Source: a virus. From it: DNA of 64,000 nucleotides. The notes beneath the pieces were generated by a model that searched no databases, had not been told where the DNA came from, and was given only the letters and a program-made list of their open reading frames with translations. The stretch is from the IMG/VR virus record IMGVR_UViG_3300032288_002265, positions 1-64,000 of that record, one strand, 5' to 3'. The position numbers and the translations under genes were made by a program. Shown piece by piece: positions 50,884 to 60,668 of this stretch; within the stretch, counting starts at the first letter, position 1, and the number at the start of each line of letters is the position of its first letter.

Positions 50884-53114
50884 TGCCACTCAACTACAAG
50901 CTGCTCACCAAGTTCGGGACTCACGAAGATCGCCTCAAGGAGATCTTCACTGCGGCTCCGGAGCGGCTTCCTGCCGATGCTCCCGAGGAGTTGAAGAAGA
51001 ACGTCCTCGCCGACTACCGCGTGCGGCAGAAGATCGAGGAGACCATCGAGAACCGGATCGACGAAGCCATCCTGCAGACGCTGCGGACCAGCCACCTGTA
51101 CGCCGCCGTTGACCTGGCCTGGGACTCATCGACGATCACACGTCGCACGATCCCGCTCGTTCTCTACGCCCAGAAGCGTATCGACATGGAGCGCTGTGTG
51201 ACGCAGTTGAAGGATCTCAGTTGTGCTGACCAGTTCGTCAAATACTCCGGAGGCAAGCCCAAGTCGATCGATCTACCCAAGTTCACCGAGGTCAGCATCA
51301 ACCTGCTGCGGTCGATCATCAGCCGCCGCGTGGCCGCACAGAGCGCCCGCTTCACCAACCTCTACCCGTTCTTCAAGTTTGAGCCCCGTGGCACCTCCGA
51401 GGCCGACAAGCTGCGGGCAGACATTCTCTCGCAGCGGATCGACATCATGGCCGACCAGTACGGCTACCGCGCTTCCCAGATCCAGTGGATCCGCGATATG
51501 CTTCTCTATCCTCACGTAGTCGCATTCCCTGCGGCGAAATGGGATCGCGAGATCGAGTGGTACGACGAGAACGATGAAAAGGCGGACGAGTTCCAGGACA
51601 AAGAGGTCAAGCCTAAGAGCCGCGTGAAGCGGGAGGGTGTTCCCCTGATCACCCCTCACCCGAGCCGAGTGTTCTACGATGTGGCTCACCCGATCCAGTC
51701 GATCAACAGCGACAGTGGGTGCGAATGGTTCGGTTTTTGGGACATCTTCCGGTACTCGCAGATCCTGGACAATCCGAGCTACTTCAATCGTCAGGACATC
51801 ACGTACTCGCCAGACGCCACGTCCTGGTTCCAGTCGTACTCGAGCTACTTCAGCCAGTACTACACGAAGATCTCGCCCCCGGTGAATGGTGAGGACATCG
51901 CCTCGCACAACGACCGTAAGGCGCAGATGGACCGATACACGTCGCAGATGCGCGATTCTTCGGTCTACGTCACGCACCTGTACTGGAAGATCAAGCCGAA
52001 CGAGTGGCGCATGGGAGACTACCCGCACGCCGTCTGGCTCCACCTGGTGGTAGCGAACTCGAAGAACGTCATCGCCGCCGAGATCATGCCCGACTGCCCT
52101 GGATTCGTGTTCTCGTTCAACACGAGCCAGCAGCGCCTGGTGAACCTCTCGATGGCGCACGAGCTCCTGCCGTTCCAGGACCAGCTGTCGAACCTCTTCA
52201 GCCAGCTGCTGGAGTGTGCGAAGCGGGATCTGTTTGGCATCGCGATGTTGAACCTTGATGCGTTCCCTGTGGAGAACGAGACCGCCAAGCAGGCGCTCGA
52301 TGCATTCCGCGAGGCGATGAAGAACGAGAACTTCTTCGCGCAGACCTCCGTCCTGGAGGTGTCGGTCACGAAGATGCGCGAGCTTGGTGTCGACCTGGAT
52401 AACGTCTTCAAGATCATCCGCCAGCCGCCAAATACTAATCTCAACACGATTATCAACTCGATCAGCCAGACCATTATGATGGCCGAGCGGGTGATGGCGC
52501 TGTCACCCCAGGAGCAAGGTCAGCAGAGCCCACGTGAGACCTCTGCGACGGAGGTGCAGATCATCGCCGGCACGACGGAGAACATCTACCAGTTCATCTC
52601 CGACGCCGTCGACGAGGGTCGTTCTGCGGTGAAGAGGTATCTCTACAACGCTCTGATCAGCCTGGGCACCGAGGATATCTACCTGCCGGTGGTGAACCGT
52701 TATCGCCGAGACGTGGCCGAGAAGGCTGGCTTCACCATCACGGACGACGAGGGTGCCGAGATGATGCCTGGTCCGAACCCAATCCAGTTCTCGGTGATCG
52801 GCACCAAGAAGAACCTGGTCGCGGAATACATCTTCAACAGCCGCGACGGTGCCGAGCGTGCGTCGAACATCCAGGGCGCTCAGACCCTGACTCAGATGCT
52901 CGGTGTGCTGATGCAGCCTGCTGTGCTCTCAATGCTGACAAAGGAGAAGCTCGCTGACATCATCAACACGATCATCCGGCAGTCTGGCGCTGGAGTAGAC
53001 GTGACGGTTGAGCCTCCTCCTGGTGAGGGTGCCCAACCTGTCATGGGTGCTCAGCAACAGATGCCGTCAGCGATTCCGAGTGAGACACTGCAATCGCAGC
53101 TTCCGACCTCGTGA
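50883..53114 (+). CDS. Portal protein
   Basis: Size and position; INLLRSII, PHPSRVFYD, LLPFQDQLSNL and RETSATEVQI motifs of P22/T7-type portals. Confidence 0.8.
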   Translation: MPLNYKLLTKFGTHEDRLKEIFTAAPERLPADAPEELKKNVLADYRVRQKIEETIENRIDEAILQTLRTSHLYAAVDLAWDSSTITRRTIPLVLYAQKRIDMERCVTQLKDLSCADQFVKYSGGKPKSIDLPKFTEVSINLLRSIISRRVAAQSARFTNLYPFFKFEPRGTSEADKLRADILSQRIDIMADQYGYRASQIQWIRDMLLYPHVVAFPAAKWDREIEWYDENDEKADEFQDKEVKPKSRVKREGVPLITPHPSRVFYDVAHPIQSINSDSGCEWFGFWDIFRYSQILDNPSYFNRQDITYSPDATSWFQSYSSYFSQYYTKISPPVNGEDIASHNDRKAQMDRYTSQMRDSSVYVTHLYWKIKPNEWRMGDYPHAVWLHLVVANSKNVIAAEIMPDCPGFVFSFNTSQQRLVNLSMAHELLPFQDQLSNLFSQLLECAKRDLFGIAMLNLDAFPVENETAKQALDAFREAMKNENFFAQTSVLEVSVTKMRELGVDLDNVFKIIRQPPNTNLNTIINSISQTIMMAERVMALSPQEQGQQSPRETSATEVQIIAGTTENIYQFISDAVDEGRSAVKRYLYNALISLGTEDIYLPVVNRYRRDVAEKAGFTITDDEGAEMMPGPNPIQFSVIGTKKNLVAEYIFNSRDGAERASNIQGAQTLTQMLGVLMQPAVLSMLTKEKLADIINTIIRQSGAGVDVTVEPPPGEGAQPVMGAQQQMPSAIPSETLQSQLPTS

Positions 53115-53131
53115 CACTCAAGGAGAGGACA

Positions 53132-54445
53132 ATGGACAAAGATCAGACATCCACCCAAGGCGACCAAACACAAACGCAACCCCGCATCATCGACGACCCT
53201 CTGCTGGCATCACTCGCAGAGGATCTGTCGATCCTGGCAAATACCGAGCAGGCTGTTCAGCAGAACCAGCCGCCCGAAATCAAGCCTGTCGACGAGAAGA
53301 AACCTGATGAGGCCAAGCCGGCCGAAACGAAGCCGGCCGAGACCAAGCCCGCCACTGTCAAGGCTGGTGTCAAGCAGCGCCCCGACATCAAGAAGGAGCT
53401 CGACGACGCACTGACACGCCACCTGGCTGACATCAAGCCGCAGGCGCAGACTCATCCCGCCCTGCCTGATCCAAAGAAGGCTGACGAGCTCGACATGGCC
53501 GGCCTTGTTGATGAGCAGATCGACGAGATTGAGGACGCGAGGTATCTCGAGCAGAAAGATCCCACTCAAAAGGGATACGCCAAGAAGCTGCTCGACTTCT
53601 ACAAGGCGGTCGACAAGTGGGTCGATGACCATAAGGACGACTCAGATCGCACGTTCGACGAGAACGACGAGGAGTTCACCTCGTTCATCCAGGAGAACAA
53701 GCCGAAGTGGGCTCCTGGTCAGCGCGACAAGATCCGCAAGGCCCGCCTCATTGACGAGGCTAAGCGTGAGGCTCTCAAGGATCTGCAGCCTGAGATCGAT
53801 GCCGCGAAGCGCGAGGCACGCGAAGCCCGTGTCACGCCCGTCATGGATCGCAAGGTCAATCAGTTCACCGAGGCTTTCGACAAGGCTGCGACCTCAGACG
53901 ATCCGCTCGAGAAGGATGTCTTCGGCCGCTACAAGGACAGTGCTGTTGCCCTAGCTTCCGACTGGGTGCGCCTGGCCGAGGGAGTTGACGACATCACCAA
54001 GCCGAAGAACCAGGAGCAGGCTGGCCGACACAAGTGGCTTATGGAGTTCATCGGCCACCAGTCGTCTGTGTTCGATGCCCAAGGCGGCGATAACAAGATC
54101 CGCGATGGCCGTCAGTTCGTCACGCCGGTCAAGTTCGCTGAGCTTGCGTCCTCTGGGAAGGACACCTCGAAGGTGTGGACGTTCAACAACGACGACGTGC
54201 TCACCATGCTGCAGACGCACATGATCGAGTCCGCAAAATCCCAGGTGAAAGCCGAGGAAGAAGTGGCTGTGAAGCGCGGTTTCGTAAGGCAGCGCCCTCA
54301 GGCCGCGTCCAAACCGGCAGAAGAACCGAAGCCGGTAACCGGAGTCCGTGCGTCGGCCTCTGCCGCTCCAGGCGCTGTCCCGTCGAATCAGACTGATGAT
54401 ACTCCGCACCCTGGCAAGGAGGTCATCTCGATCCTCGGTCTGTAA
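53132..54445 (+). CDS. Capsid scaffolding protein
   Basis: Between portal and capsid genes; charged and helical, with KPAET repeats. Confidence 0.65.
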   Translation: MDKDQTSTQGDQTQTQPRIIDDPLLASLAEDLSILANTEQAVQQNQPPEIKPVDEKKPDEAKPAETKPAETKPATVKAGVKQRPDIKKELDDALTRHLADIKPQAQTHPALPDPKKADELDMAGLVDEQIDEIEDARYLEQKDPTQKGYAKKLLDFYKAVDKWVDDHKDDSDRTFDENDEEFTSFIQENKPKWAPGQRDKIRKARLIDEAKREALKDLQPEIDAAKREAREARVTPVMDRKVNQFTEAFDKAATSDDPLEKDVFGRYKDSAVALASDWVRLAEGVDDITKPKNQEQAGRHKWLMEFIGHQSSVFDAQGGDNKIRDGRQFVTPVKFAELASSGKDTSKVWTFNNDDVLTMLQTHMIESAKSQVKAEEEVAVKRGFVRQRPQAASKPAEEPKPVTGVRASASAAPGAVPSNQTDDTPHPGKEVISILGL

Positions 54446-54465
54446 CACTTAGGAAAATCCGTAAT

Positions 54466-54513
54466 CCCCGCAGTGATTCCCGGCAAAAGTCGGGCGCTGC
54501 GGGGCTTTTCTTT
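54466..54513 (+). terminator. Rho-independent terminator
   Basis: CCCCGCAGTG..CCCGGC-AAAA-GTCGGG-CGCTGCGGGG followed by CTTTTCTTT. Confidence 0.65.
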
Positions 54514-54562
54514 GTACCAGGGTATCAGCGAGGGACGATGAGTGGCGAAAAGGACATAACCT

Positions 54563-56362
54563 ATGCCCGCACAAACCACGTTCCCCGGCTTCAACGCCAA
54601 TAACTGCACTCCGCTGTTCTTCGACGTTGATGGCTCCACCGGATGCTCCCTCACCCGGGCCGACATTCGTCCGTTTACCAAGGACGACTTCGCTGCCCAG
54701 GGTTTCAAGGAGGTCGGGATGGATCGCATCATCGCCCAGACTAAGGAGGCCCGCCTCGTCGGCGTCCCGCAGCGTTCGCTGATGGACCTGATCCTCTCCC
54801 GCCACGCCCCCATCAAGGAGGGTTCTCCCGGCAAGGATCAGTCGATCATTGCTCCGTACCGTCTGGTGCCTCGCCGCCACATGGTCAACATCAACTACTT
54901 CCTGATCAGCGCGGGCTCCGCGAGCGCCCCGAACGATCCGGCTTCCGCGTTCCCGACCGGACTCCCGGCTACGGCCTGGTATCTGACCGTGACCGCTTCG
55001 ACCGGCGGCTTCGGCAGCGCGATCAAGAACATCGAGAAGTACTTCCTCCCCGGAATGTACCTCTCGGTTGAGACGACCGCTCGTCACGTTGGCGCTGCCT
55101 GGCAGACCTTCGTTGGTGGTGGCAACATCGACCAGGGTCTGATGAACCAGTACCGCGTCGTCGGTGCTGTCGGTAAGACTGGCGACTCGAACACCGCCTA
55201 CGTCATCGTTGCCCCGACCGAGTTCCAGTCCTACGAGGCTTCCGCTTCTTCGTGGGCTACGTTCAAGGCGAACACCAGTGGTTCTCCGTCTCCTCAGGCT
55301 CGTGCTGCTTCTGTCGAGGTCACCAAGGGCACCGCCTTGATTATGACCAACTCGGTCAGCGACAAGGAGGCCTGGTGCTACCAGCAGCCGGCGATCAACA
55401 ATCTCGGACTCATTGAGTACTGGCGTCAGACCTACCGTTGGACGCATCAGTACAACGACGAGTACCTCAAGGCGCTTGAGGCCCCGCTCACCAGCGAGTT
55501 CTTCAAGAAGTTCCGCACCCTCCCGATCGCCGAGCAGCGCCGGCAGCAGGAGATGATGATGCAGAAGTGGTACTTCAACACCGTGTTCTACGGTCAGCGC
55601 ATCAGCGACAAGCAGACTCTGTCCACCTGGACCGACCTGCCGACCATCGATGACGTGACCAACCCGGGGTGCCCGCTCGAGTACAAGTCGAACACCCTCG
55701 GCATCCGGACCCAGCTGGGCGAGTGCGGCAAGGTGCTCGACCTCAACGGTGGTGCGCTCAACGTCGACACCCTCATGGAGCTCGCCTACAACCTGAAGCG
55801 CGAGCGCGGAAACGATGGCTCCTCGATCGAGACCATTGACCTCATGGGTGATCGTTTCACTAAGGCCAAACTGCGCGATCTGATGATCCGCTACTACAAG
55901 GCCAAGTACGGCGCTGCGGACATCAGCATCAACCTCCAGACCAACCAGAAGATCGTCGACAACATGACGAACCGGTTCGTCTTCGAGTACGACAAGTACG
56001 ACCTGCCCGACCAGGGTGTCAGCATCGCGTTCTTCACCGACACGTTCTTCGACGATCGCATCGCGGCGTCGCAGAGCCTCGGTGCTGGCTCTGGTACCAA
56101 GAACCGCGCTCGTCAGCTGTGGGCGGTCGATTGGTCCGACATCCTGGTCGGCGTTCTCGGATCCCGGTCTGTCACCCGCCAGACCAACACGTCCGACAAC
56201 CTCTACAACTGCGTGATTGATCCGAACATCAATCATTACAAGCTGAACTCTCGCACCATCGAGGTTCAGGTCGGCAACGCCAACCGCCACACGGTGATCG
56301 AGAACTTCAGCGATGCTTGCCCGAGCGTCACTGTCTCGCAGTGCTCTCCAACCGTCGCCTAA
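54563..56362 (+). CDS. Major capsid protein
   Basis: Follows the scaffold gene; very strong codon bias; FNTVFYGQR, NTLGIRTQL and LWAVDWSDI; terminator downstream. Confidence 0.75.
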   Translation: MPAQTTFPGFNANNCTPLFFDVDGSTGCSLTRADIRPFTKDDFAAQGFKEVGMDRIIAQTKEARLVGVPQRSLMDLILSRHAPIKEGSPGKDQSIIAPYRLVPRRHMVNINYFLISAGSASAPNDPASAFPTGLPATAWYLTVTASTGGFGSAIKNIEKYFLPGMYLSVETTARHVGAAWQTFVGGGNIDQGLMNQYRVVGAVGKTGDSNTAYVIVAPTEFQSYEASASSWATFKANTSGSPSPQARAASVEVTKGTALIMTNSVSDKEAWCYQQPAINNLGLIEYWRQTYRWTHQYNDEYLKALEAPLTSEFFKKFRTLPIAEQRRQQEMMMQKWYFNTVFYGQRISDKQTLSTWTDLPTIDDVTNPGCPLEYKSNTLGIRTQLGECGKVLDLNGGALNVDTLMELAYNLKRERGNDGSSIETIDLMGDRFTKAKLRDLMIRYYKAKYGAADISINLQTNQKIVDNMTNRFVFEYDKYDLPDQGVSIAFFTDTFFDDRIAASQSLGAGSGTKNRARQLWAVDWSDILVGVLGSRSVTRQTNTSDNLYNCVIDPNINHYKLNSRTIEVQVGNANRHTVIENFSDACPSVTVSQCSPTVA

Positions 56363-56372
56363 CCAACCAATT

Positions 56373-56411
56373 GGGTGAGGTCATCGGAGGCCCCGGTGGC
56401 CTCACCCTTTC
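56373..56411 (+). terminator. Rho-independent terminator
   Basis: 15-bp stem GGGTGAGGTCATCGG / CCGGTGGCCTCACCC followed by TTTT. Confidence 0.7.
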
Positions 56412-56431
56412 AACTCTCACTTCCTTGATTT

Positions 56432-56857
56432 ATGGCTAACTCCCAAGTCCCTTCTTCCCAGACTGGCGTCACCCAGGTTCCTGCCTTGCGTGAGGCTGGT
56501 CGCCGTACGTTTGCCGCCGAGGTTATCTTCGAGCGGTCTGCATCCCACGCTGCACCGTCCATCCGATCGATTGCTTCGCTGGCTTCTGCCGGAAGCACTC
56601 AGGCTGATGCTGGTGCCGTGTCGGGCGCTGTCCCGGTCTACAATGTCTCCGGTGGCGACGGCACCAAGGGTGTTGTTCTCCCGGTGGCTGTGGCCGGCAC
56701 TGAGCTCGCCATCTACAACGCTGGTGCTGGTGCGCTGAAGGTCTATCCCGCTTCCGGCGGATCGATCAACGGTGGTTCCGCCAACGCTGCGCTGAGCGTG
56801 ACCTCGAAGACTGTGGCCCGCCTCGTCAACCTGGACGGCACCAACTGGGCCGCGTAA
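56432..56857 (+). CDS. Capsid decoration / head fibre protein
   Basis: GVVLPVAVAGTELAIYNAGAGALKVYPASGGSING beta-rich module directly after the capsid gene. Confidence 0.6.
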   Translation: MANSQVPSSQTGVTQVPALREAGRRTFAAEVIFERSASHAAPSIRSIASLASAGSTQADAGAVSGAVPVYNVSGGDGTKGVVLPVAVAGTELAIYNAGAGALKVYPASGGSINGGSANAALSVTSKTVARLVNLDGTNWAA

Positions 56858-56908
56858 CCACACCCCCCCCCTCTCGGGTGCTGTCCCTCTCCCGGCACCC
56901 AGACGCCG

Positions 56909-56946
56909 GCCCCCATCACAGCGCAATGTTGTGGTGGGGGCTTTTT
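56909..56946 (+). terminator. Rho-independent terminator
   Basis: GCCCCCATCACAGC-loop-GTTGTGGTGGGGGC followed by TTTTT. Confidence 0.75.
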
Positions 56947-56949
56947 CAC

Positions 56950-57744
56950 ATGAAGACCATCATCTCAATACTGATTCTGGCCACGCTCTGTGGGTGTATC
57001 CTCACGAAGCCGGCAACGTCCAAACAAGCTGCCAATACGGTCGCCATTGAGAAGGTCGAGGAGAAGCTCGTCGAGGAGTCGAAGGCTCTGACGACCGGTG
57101 CGCTGGATGCGCTGTCGTTCGCCCCCACCAACAAGCCGACCGACCTGGCCAAGAAGTTTCTGCAGCGAGACCAGCAGATCGAGGGAATGCCCGCCGAGCG
57201 CATCGATGTCGCCGGGATCCTCGCCACCAACAAGGCCGCGATCGATGCCCTGGAGCGTCGCATGGAACTCCAGCAGGAGTGGCTTCAGGAGCGTGTAAAG
57301 CTGGAGGTGGAGCTCCACCAGGCCAACACCAAGCTGCTCGAGCTTGGTCGGCTGTACGAGCAGGAGAAGGCTAAGTCCACCTGGAAGCGTATCTGGGCTT
57401 GGACGATGAGCACCTTCGGCATCGGCGGTCTCGTCGCCCTGGTCATCTTCTGTCCTGCGGTCCTCCCGGTCTTTGGAGCTATCGCCTCGTTCCTGATCTC
57501 GAAGATTCCTGCACTGACCAATCTCCTGGGCCTAGTCGGCAAGTCCGCGTTCGATGCGGCGGTGAAGGGCGTGGGTAATACCAGGAAGCGGCTGAAGCTC
57601 TCGGCCGAGGAGAGTCCGCAGCGCACCTTTTCCGCAAAGGAGGTTCTCAACATTCTCGACGGTGAACTGAAGGATGCCACCGAGGTAGGTGACGCCAACT
57701 TCAAGAGTCTGATCGAGGCACGCAGAAAACGACTCAACGTATGA
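56950..57744 (+). CDS. Lipoprotein with a coiled coil and internal TM region (spanin-like)
   Basis: Signal peptide with an LCGC lipobox, a coiled coil and a long hydrophobic segment. Confidence 0.6.
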   Translation: MKTIISILILATLCGCILTKPATSKQAANTVAIEKVEEKLVEESKALTTGALDALSFAPTNKPTDLAKKFLQRDQQIEGMPAERIDVAGILATNKAAIDALERRMELQQEWLQERVKLEVELHQANTKLLELGRLYEQEKAKSTWKRIWAWTMSTFGIGGLVALVIFCPAVLPVFGAIASFLISKIPALTNLLGLVGKSAFDAAVKGVGNTRKRLKLSAEESPQRTFSAKEVLNILDGELKDATEVGDANFKSLIEARRKRLNV

Positions 57745-58037
57745 TTCGATCGATGATGAACGCACTGTTCTCGGCAGAGAACGGAGGTGACGACGCAACC
57801 CGTGTGATCTCGAAGGGGGTTCTAGGCTTTGTGGCCTCGATATTTCCGATCGCCGCATCCAAGTCAGGGATGTTCCACGCCGTGTTTGAGACGGCTGCAC
57901 TGTGCCTCGGCGTGGTGGTGTCGTTCCTCACAGCTGTGTCGCTGGCGTTCACGGTCGAGCGAAAGATCCGAGCCCGCATCGAAGAGTGGAAGAATCCGGG
58001 TGCAGCCAAGAAGCGTGAAGACAGCCTTCGTGATTGA
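57741..58037 (+). CDS. Holin-like membrane protein
   Basis: Two hydrophobic segments and a basic C-terminus. Confidence 0.5.
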   Translation: MIRSMMNALFSAENGGDDATRVISKGVLGFVASIFPIAASKSGMFHAVFETAALCLGVVVSFLTAVSLAFTVERKIRARIEEWKNPGAAKKREDSLRD

Positions 58038-58069
58038 CCACCCGTTACCCTCATACAAGGATAACTGCC

Positions 58070-58402
58070 ATGGAGAAGAAGTACTTTTTCGTGATGGCCT
58101 CAGACGGTGCCATCGATTTCCAGCCCACCGGTCAGTACAACCACAAGTTCTACGGCGTCACCGAGGTTGACAGCCAGGAGGAGTACGACCGGCTCAAGGC
58201 TCGTGGGTGTCGAGAGATTTCCAAGGAGGAGTACGCCGAGGAGTTCAAAAAAAAAGCGGGGCTGCAGGGGCTCTTGGACGAGTATCGTCCAATAACGGAG
58301 GTGCGGCGTGTGCAACTTGCGGAAAGAAAGCCCTCCGTTGAGGTCAAAGTCACAACGCTCGAGTCTGTGAAGACCGCAGCGCCCGTCCCAACCAAGAAGT
58401 AA
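58070..58402 (+). CDS. Hypothetical protein containing an A9 tract
   Basis: AAGGA SD and ATG at 58070. Confidence 0.6.
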   Translation: MEKKYFFVMASDGAIDFQPTGQYNHKFYGVTEVDSQEEYDRLKARGCREISKEEYAEEFKKKAGLQGLLDEYRPITEVRRVQLAERKPSVEVKVTTLESVKTAAPVPTKK

Positions 58403-58408
58403 CACACC

Positions 58409-60079
58409 ATGACGTGGTCCGAGTTTAAGGCTGCCGTCGATGAGCTACTCACAATTGAGCGGCGACGACTCGGCGTGCAGCCGTTCATTGACCGCCAGGT
58501 GCGGCTGGCAGTCGGAGACGTTCAGCGTCTCATCGACTACTACCGCAAGGGCATCGTGACGACACTGGATCACGACGACGTGATTCGAGAGGGGTTTACC
58601 TCCAAGGCGCAGCTGCCTAATGGTGCGAGCCTCCGCGAGCTCTATCACATCAGGACCGGCAGCATCTCTGCCAGCCGGCCGCTGTACGAGATACCGTTCT
58701 CGAACAAGCGCGAGCTCGTCGGTGGCGTCATCAACATCGGCTGCAGCGGTAGTCACTTCCGCTACTGCATCGACCACCGCGACGCCGCCCGGGACATCTA
58801 CGTCTATCCGGCGCTCACACCAGGCTACGCGATCCAGATCGTATGGGACGCTGTAGTCGGCCGTGGTGCTGATGGCGACTTCGCTGAGACGGATGTCGTT
58901 CCGTTCGATGAGCCGGTGGTCACCCTGGTCCATGAGTACGTGAAGATGAAGCTGGCCCGCGAAGTGGAGCGGGATCTGGCACTCGCCAAGGACTACGAGC
59001 GGACCTACCGCGTCGGCATCGCTTCGCTATACTCTGAGGTTCAGGAGCGTCTACGACTCAAGCGTGCCAAGAGCGAGGCTGATTGCGCTCCTCCGACAGC
59101 GTGCAACAACGACATCCTGGTGCTCGACAACGTCATCCCAGGTGGATGCGGCACGGTCTCTCCGGAAGCTCTCACCGGTTCGTGCGAGAGCCTGGCGATC
59201 ACGTCCCCCATGATCGAGTGGGTGATGTTCGGAGACAGCGGCGAGCAGGCGACACTTGCTGACACCATCGAGGTGGCTCGTGCGGTGCGGGCGCTGAATC
59301 CGCAGTTCGTCGTCCACATGGGCGATGCTGCGTACGGCACTGGCGGACTGAACGGTGGCAATCGAGCATTGGTTCGAGACCTCTTCACCAAGCACTACTG
59401 GAACTTCATTCGAGAGAACCGGATGCACTTCGCCTTTGGTAACCACGATCTCGAGACCAACTACGGCGCAGCGTTCTTCGAGGAGATCCCGATCCTCAAG
59501 ACCGTCATCGGATCGAACCAGTCGCTCAACAAGTATTGGTACGAGTTCGCCCAGGGGCCGATCCGCTTCTTCGTCCTGAACAGCGGATCCGACGACTCCG
59601 ACCCGAACATCTTCTTTGCCGAGCAAAAGGCCTGGCTGTGGCAGCGAGCCTGCACTGCCAAGGAGCAGTGGCTCGTGGCCGTCTACCACCGGCCTGCTTA
59701 CACCAGTGATGCGAATCACGCTCCGGGCAGTCTACTCATGCGGGATCTCAACCTGCACGAGATGGGCTTCGACCTGGTGGTCAACGCGCACGCCCACAAC
59801 TACGAGCGCATCCTCGACCAGCACGGCCTGATGCACGTCATCTGCGGCCTGGGTGGTGCCACGAAGCGCGGCAAGCTCAACGCTGGCTCTCCCTACGTGC
59901 CGACCGGATCCCAAATGTTCTTCAGCAGCAATAACGGGTTCCTCCGGTTCAGCGCCAACGAGGCTGAGATGCAGTTCGAGATGGTCACCGTGGAGAACGA
60001 GGTCGTCGACCGCGTGACTCTCCAGAAGCTGCATCCACGATACGTTGATTGCGACGGCTACGGGTATGCCAACGCATAA
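58409..60079 (+). CDS. Head-tail adaptor-like domain fused to a purple-acid-phosphatase-like metallophosphoesterase
   Basis: N-terminal MTWSEFKAAV...IYVYPALTPGYAI adaptor pattern. C-terminal FGDSG, MGDAAY, GNHD, YHRP and HAHNYER. Confidence 0.75.
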   Translation: MTWSEFKAAVDELLTIERRRLGVQPFIDRQVRLAVGDVQRLIDYYRKGIVTTLDHDDVIREGFTSKAQLPNGASLRELYHIRTGSISASRPLYEIPFSNKRELVGGVINIGCSGSHFRYCIDHRDAARDIYVYPALTPGYAIQIVWDAVVGRGADGDFAETDVVPFDEPVVTLVHEYVKMKLAREVERDLALAKDYERTYRVGIASLYSEVQERLRLKRAKSEADCAPPTACNNDILVLDNVIPGGCGTVSPEALTGSCESLAITSPMIEWVMFGDSGEQATLADTIEVARAVRALNPQFVVHMGDAAYGTGGLNGGNRALVRDLFTKHYWNFIRENRMHFAFGNHDLETNYGAAFFEEIPILKTVIGSNQSLNKYWYEFAQGPIRFFVLNSGSDDSDPNIFFAEQKAWLWQRACTAKEQWLVAVYHRPAYTSDANHAPGSLLMRDLNLHEMGFDLVVNAHAHNYERILDQHGLMHVICGLGGATKRGKLNAGSPYVPTGSQMFFSSNNGFLRFSANEAEMQFEMVTVENEVVDRVTLQKLHPRYVDCDGYGYANA

Positions 60080-60668
60080 GCGGGTCATCGCGCAGGCTTA
60101 CGATGAGAAACACATCGAGCTTGCTCGTTACTTCATTCCAAGGATGGCGAGGTGGTGCGAGGCCAACGGCTGGCGTCACATCGTCCGCCACGTCCATTCG
60201 ACTCACCACGATTACGATCACAACTACCGGAAGTACCCGCTCGTCCGGGAATTGATCTATGACCACGACGTGGTGGTCTGGGCTGACACGGATGTGATCC
60301 CGGTGTCTGGCAAAGACTTCATCATTCCCGACGGCGACATCCACTTCTCCTGGGACCGCCACGGGCTCTGCGCTGGATTCGTGGCGTACAGGTCATGCCA
60401 GTGGACGGCGGACTTCGTGGAGGGGCTGACAGCGATCATTCCCAAGCGGGGGCTGCACCACACCCACGAGCAGGAATGCCTCAAGGCGATCACGCTGATC
60501 GGCGACTGTGTCCACCACATCCGAATGCTCCCGGAGACGATCGTGGCGAATCCGCACTTACCGCACTGGGAGACTCCTCCTACCTTCTTCCACGCCTGGT
60601 CGAACGGTGGTGTGGCCGACGCGATCAACAGGGCTGATGCGATATGCAACTCCACCACAGCTTCCTAG
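60066..60668 (+). CDS. Glycosyltransferase (GT34-like)
   Basis: RWCEANGW, KYPLVRELI, VVWADTDV (DxD), LCAGF and HEQECL. Confidence 0.7.
   Translation: MPTHKRVIAQAYDEKHIELARYFIPRMARWCEANGWRHIVRHVHSTHHDYDHNYRKYPLVRELIYDHDVVVWADTDVIPVSGKDFIIPDGDIHFSWDRHGLCAGFVAYRSCQWTADFVEGLTAIIPKRGLHHTHEQECLKAITLIGDCVHHIRMLPETIVANPHLPHWETPPTFFHAWSNGGVADAINRADAICNSTTAS

Noticed and set aside
56863-56871. Poly-C tract after the decoration gene as a phase-variation site
   Set aside because: It is intergenic and upstream of a terminator, with no reading frame or promoter evidently affected.
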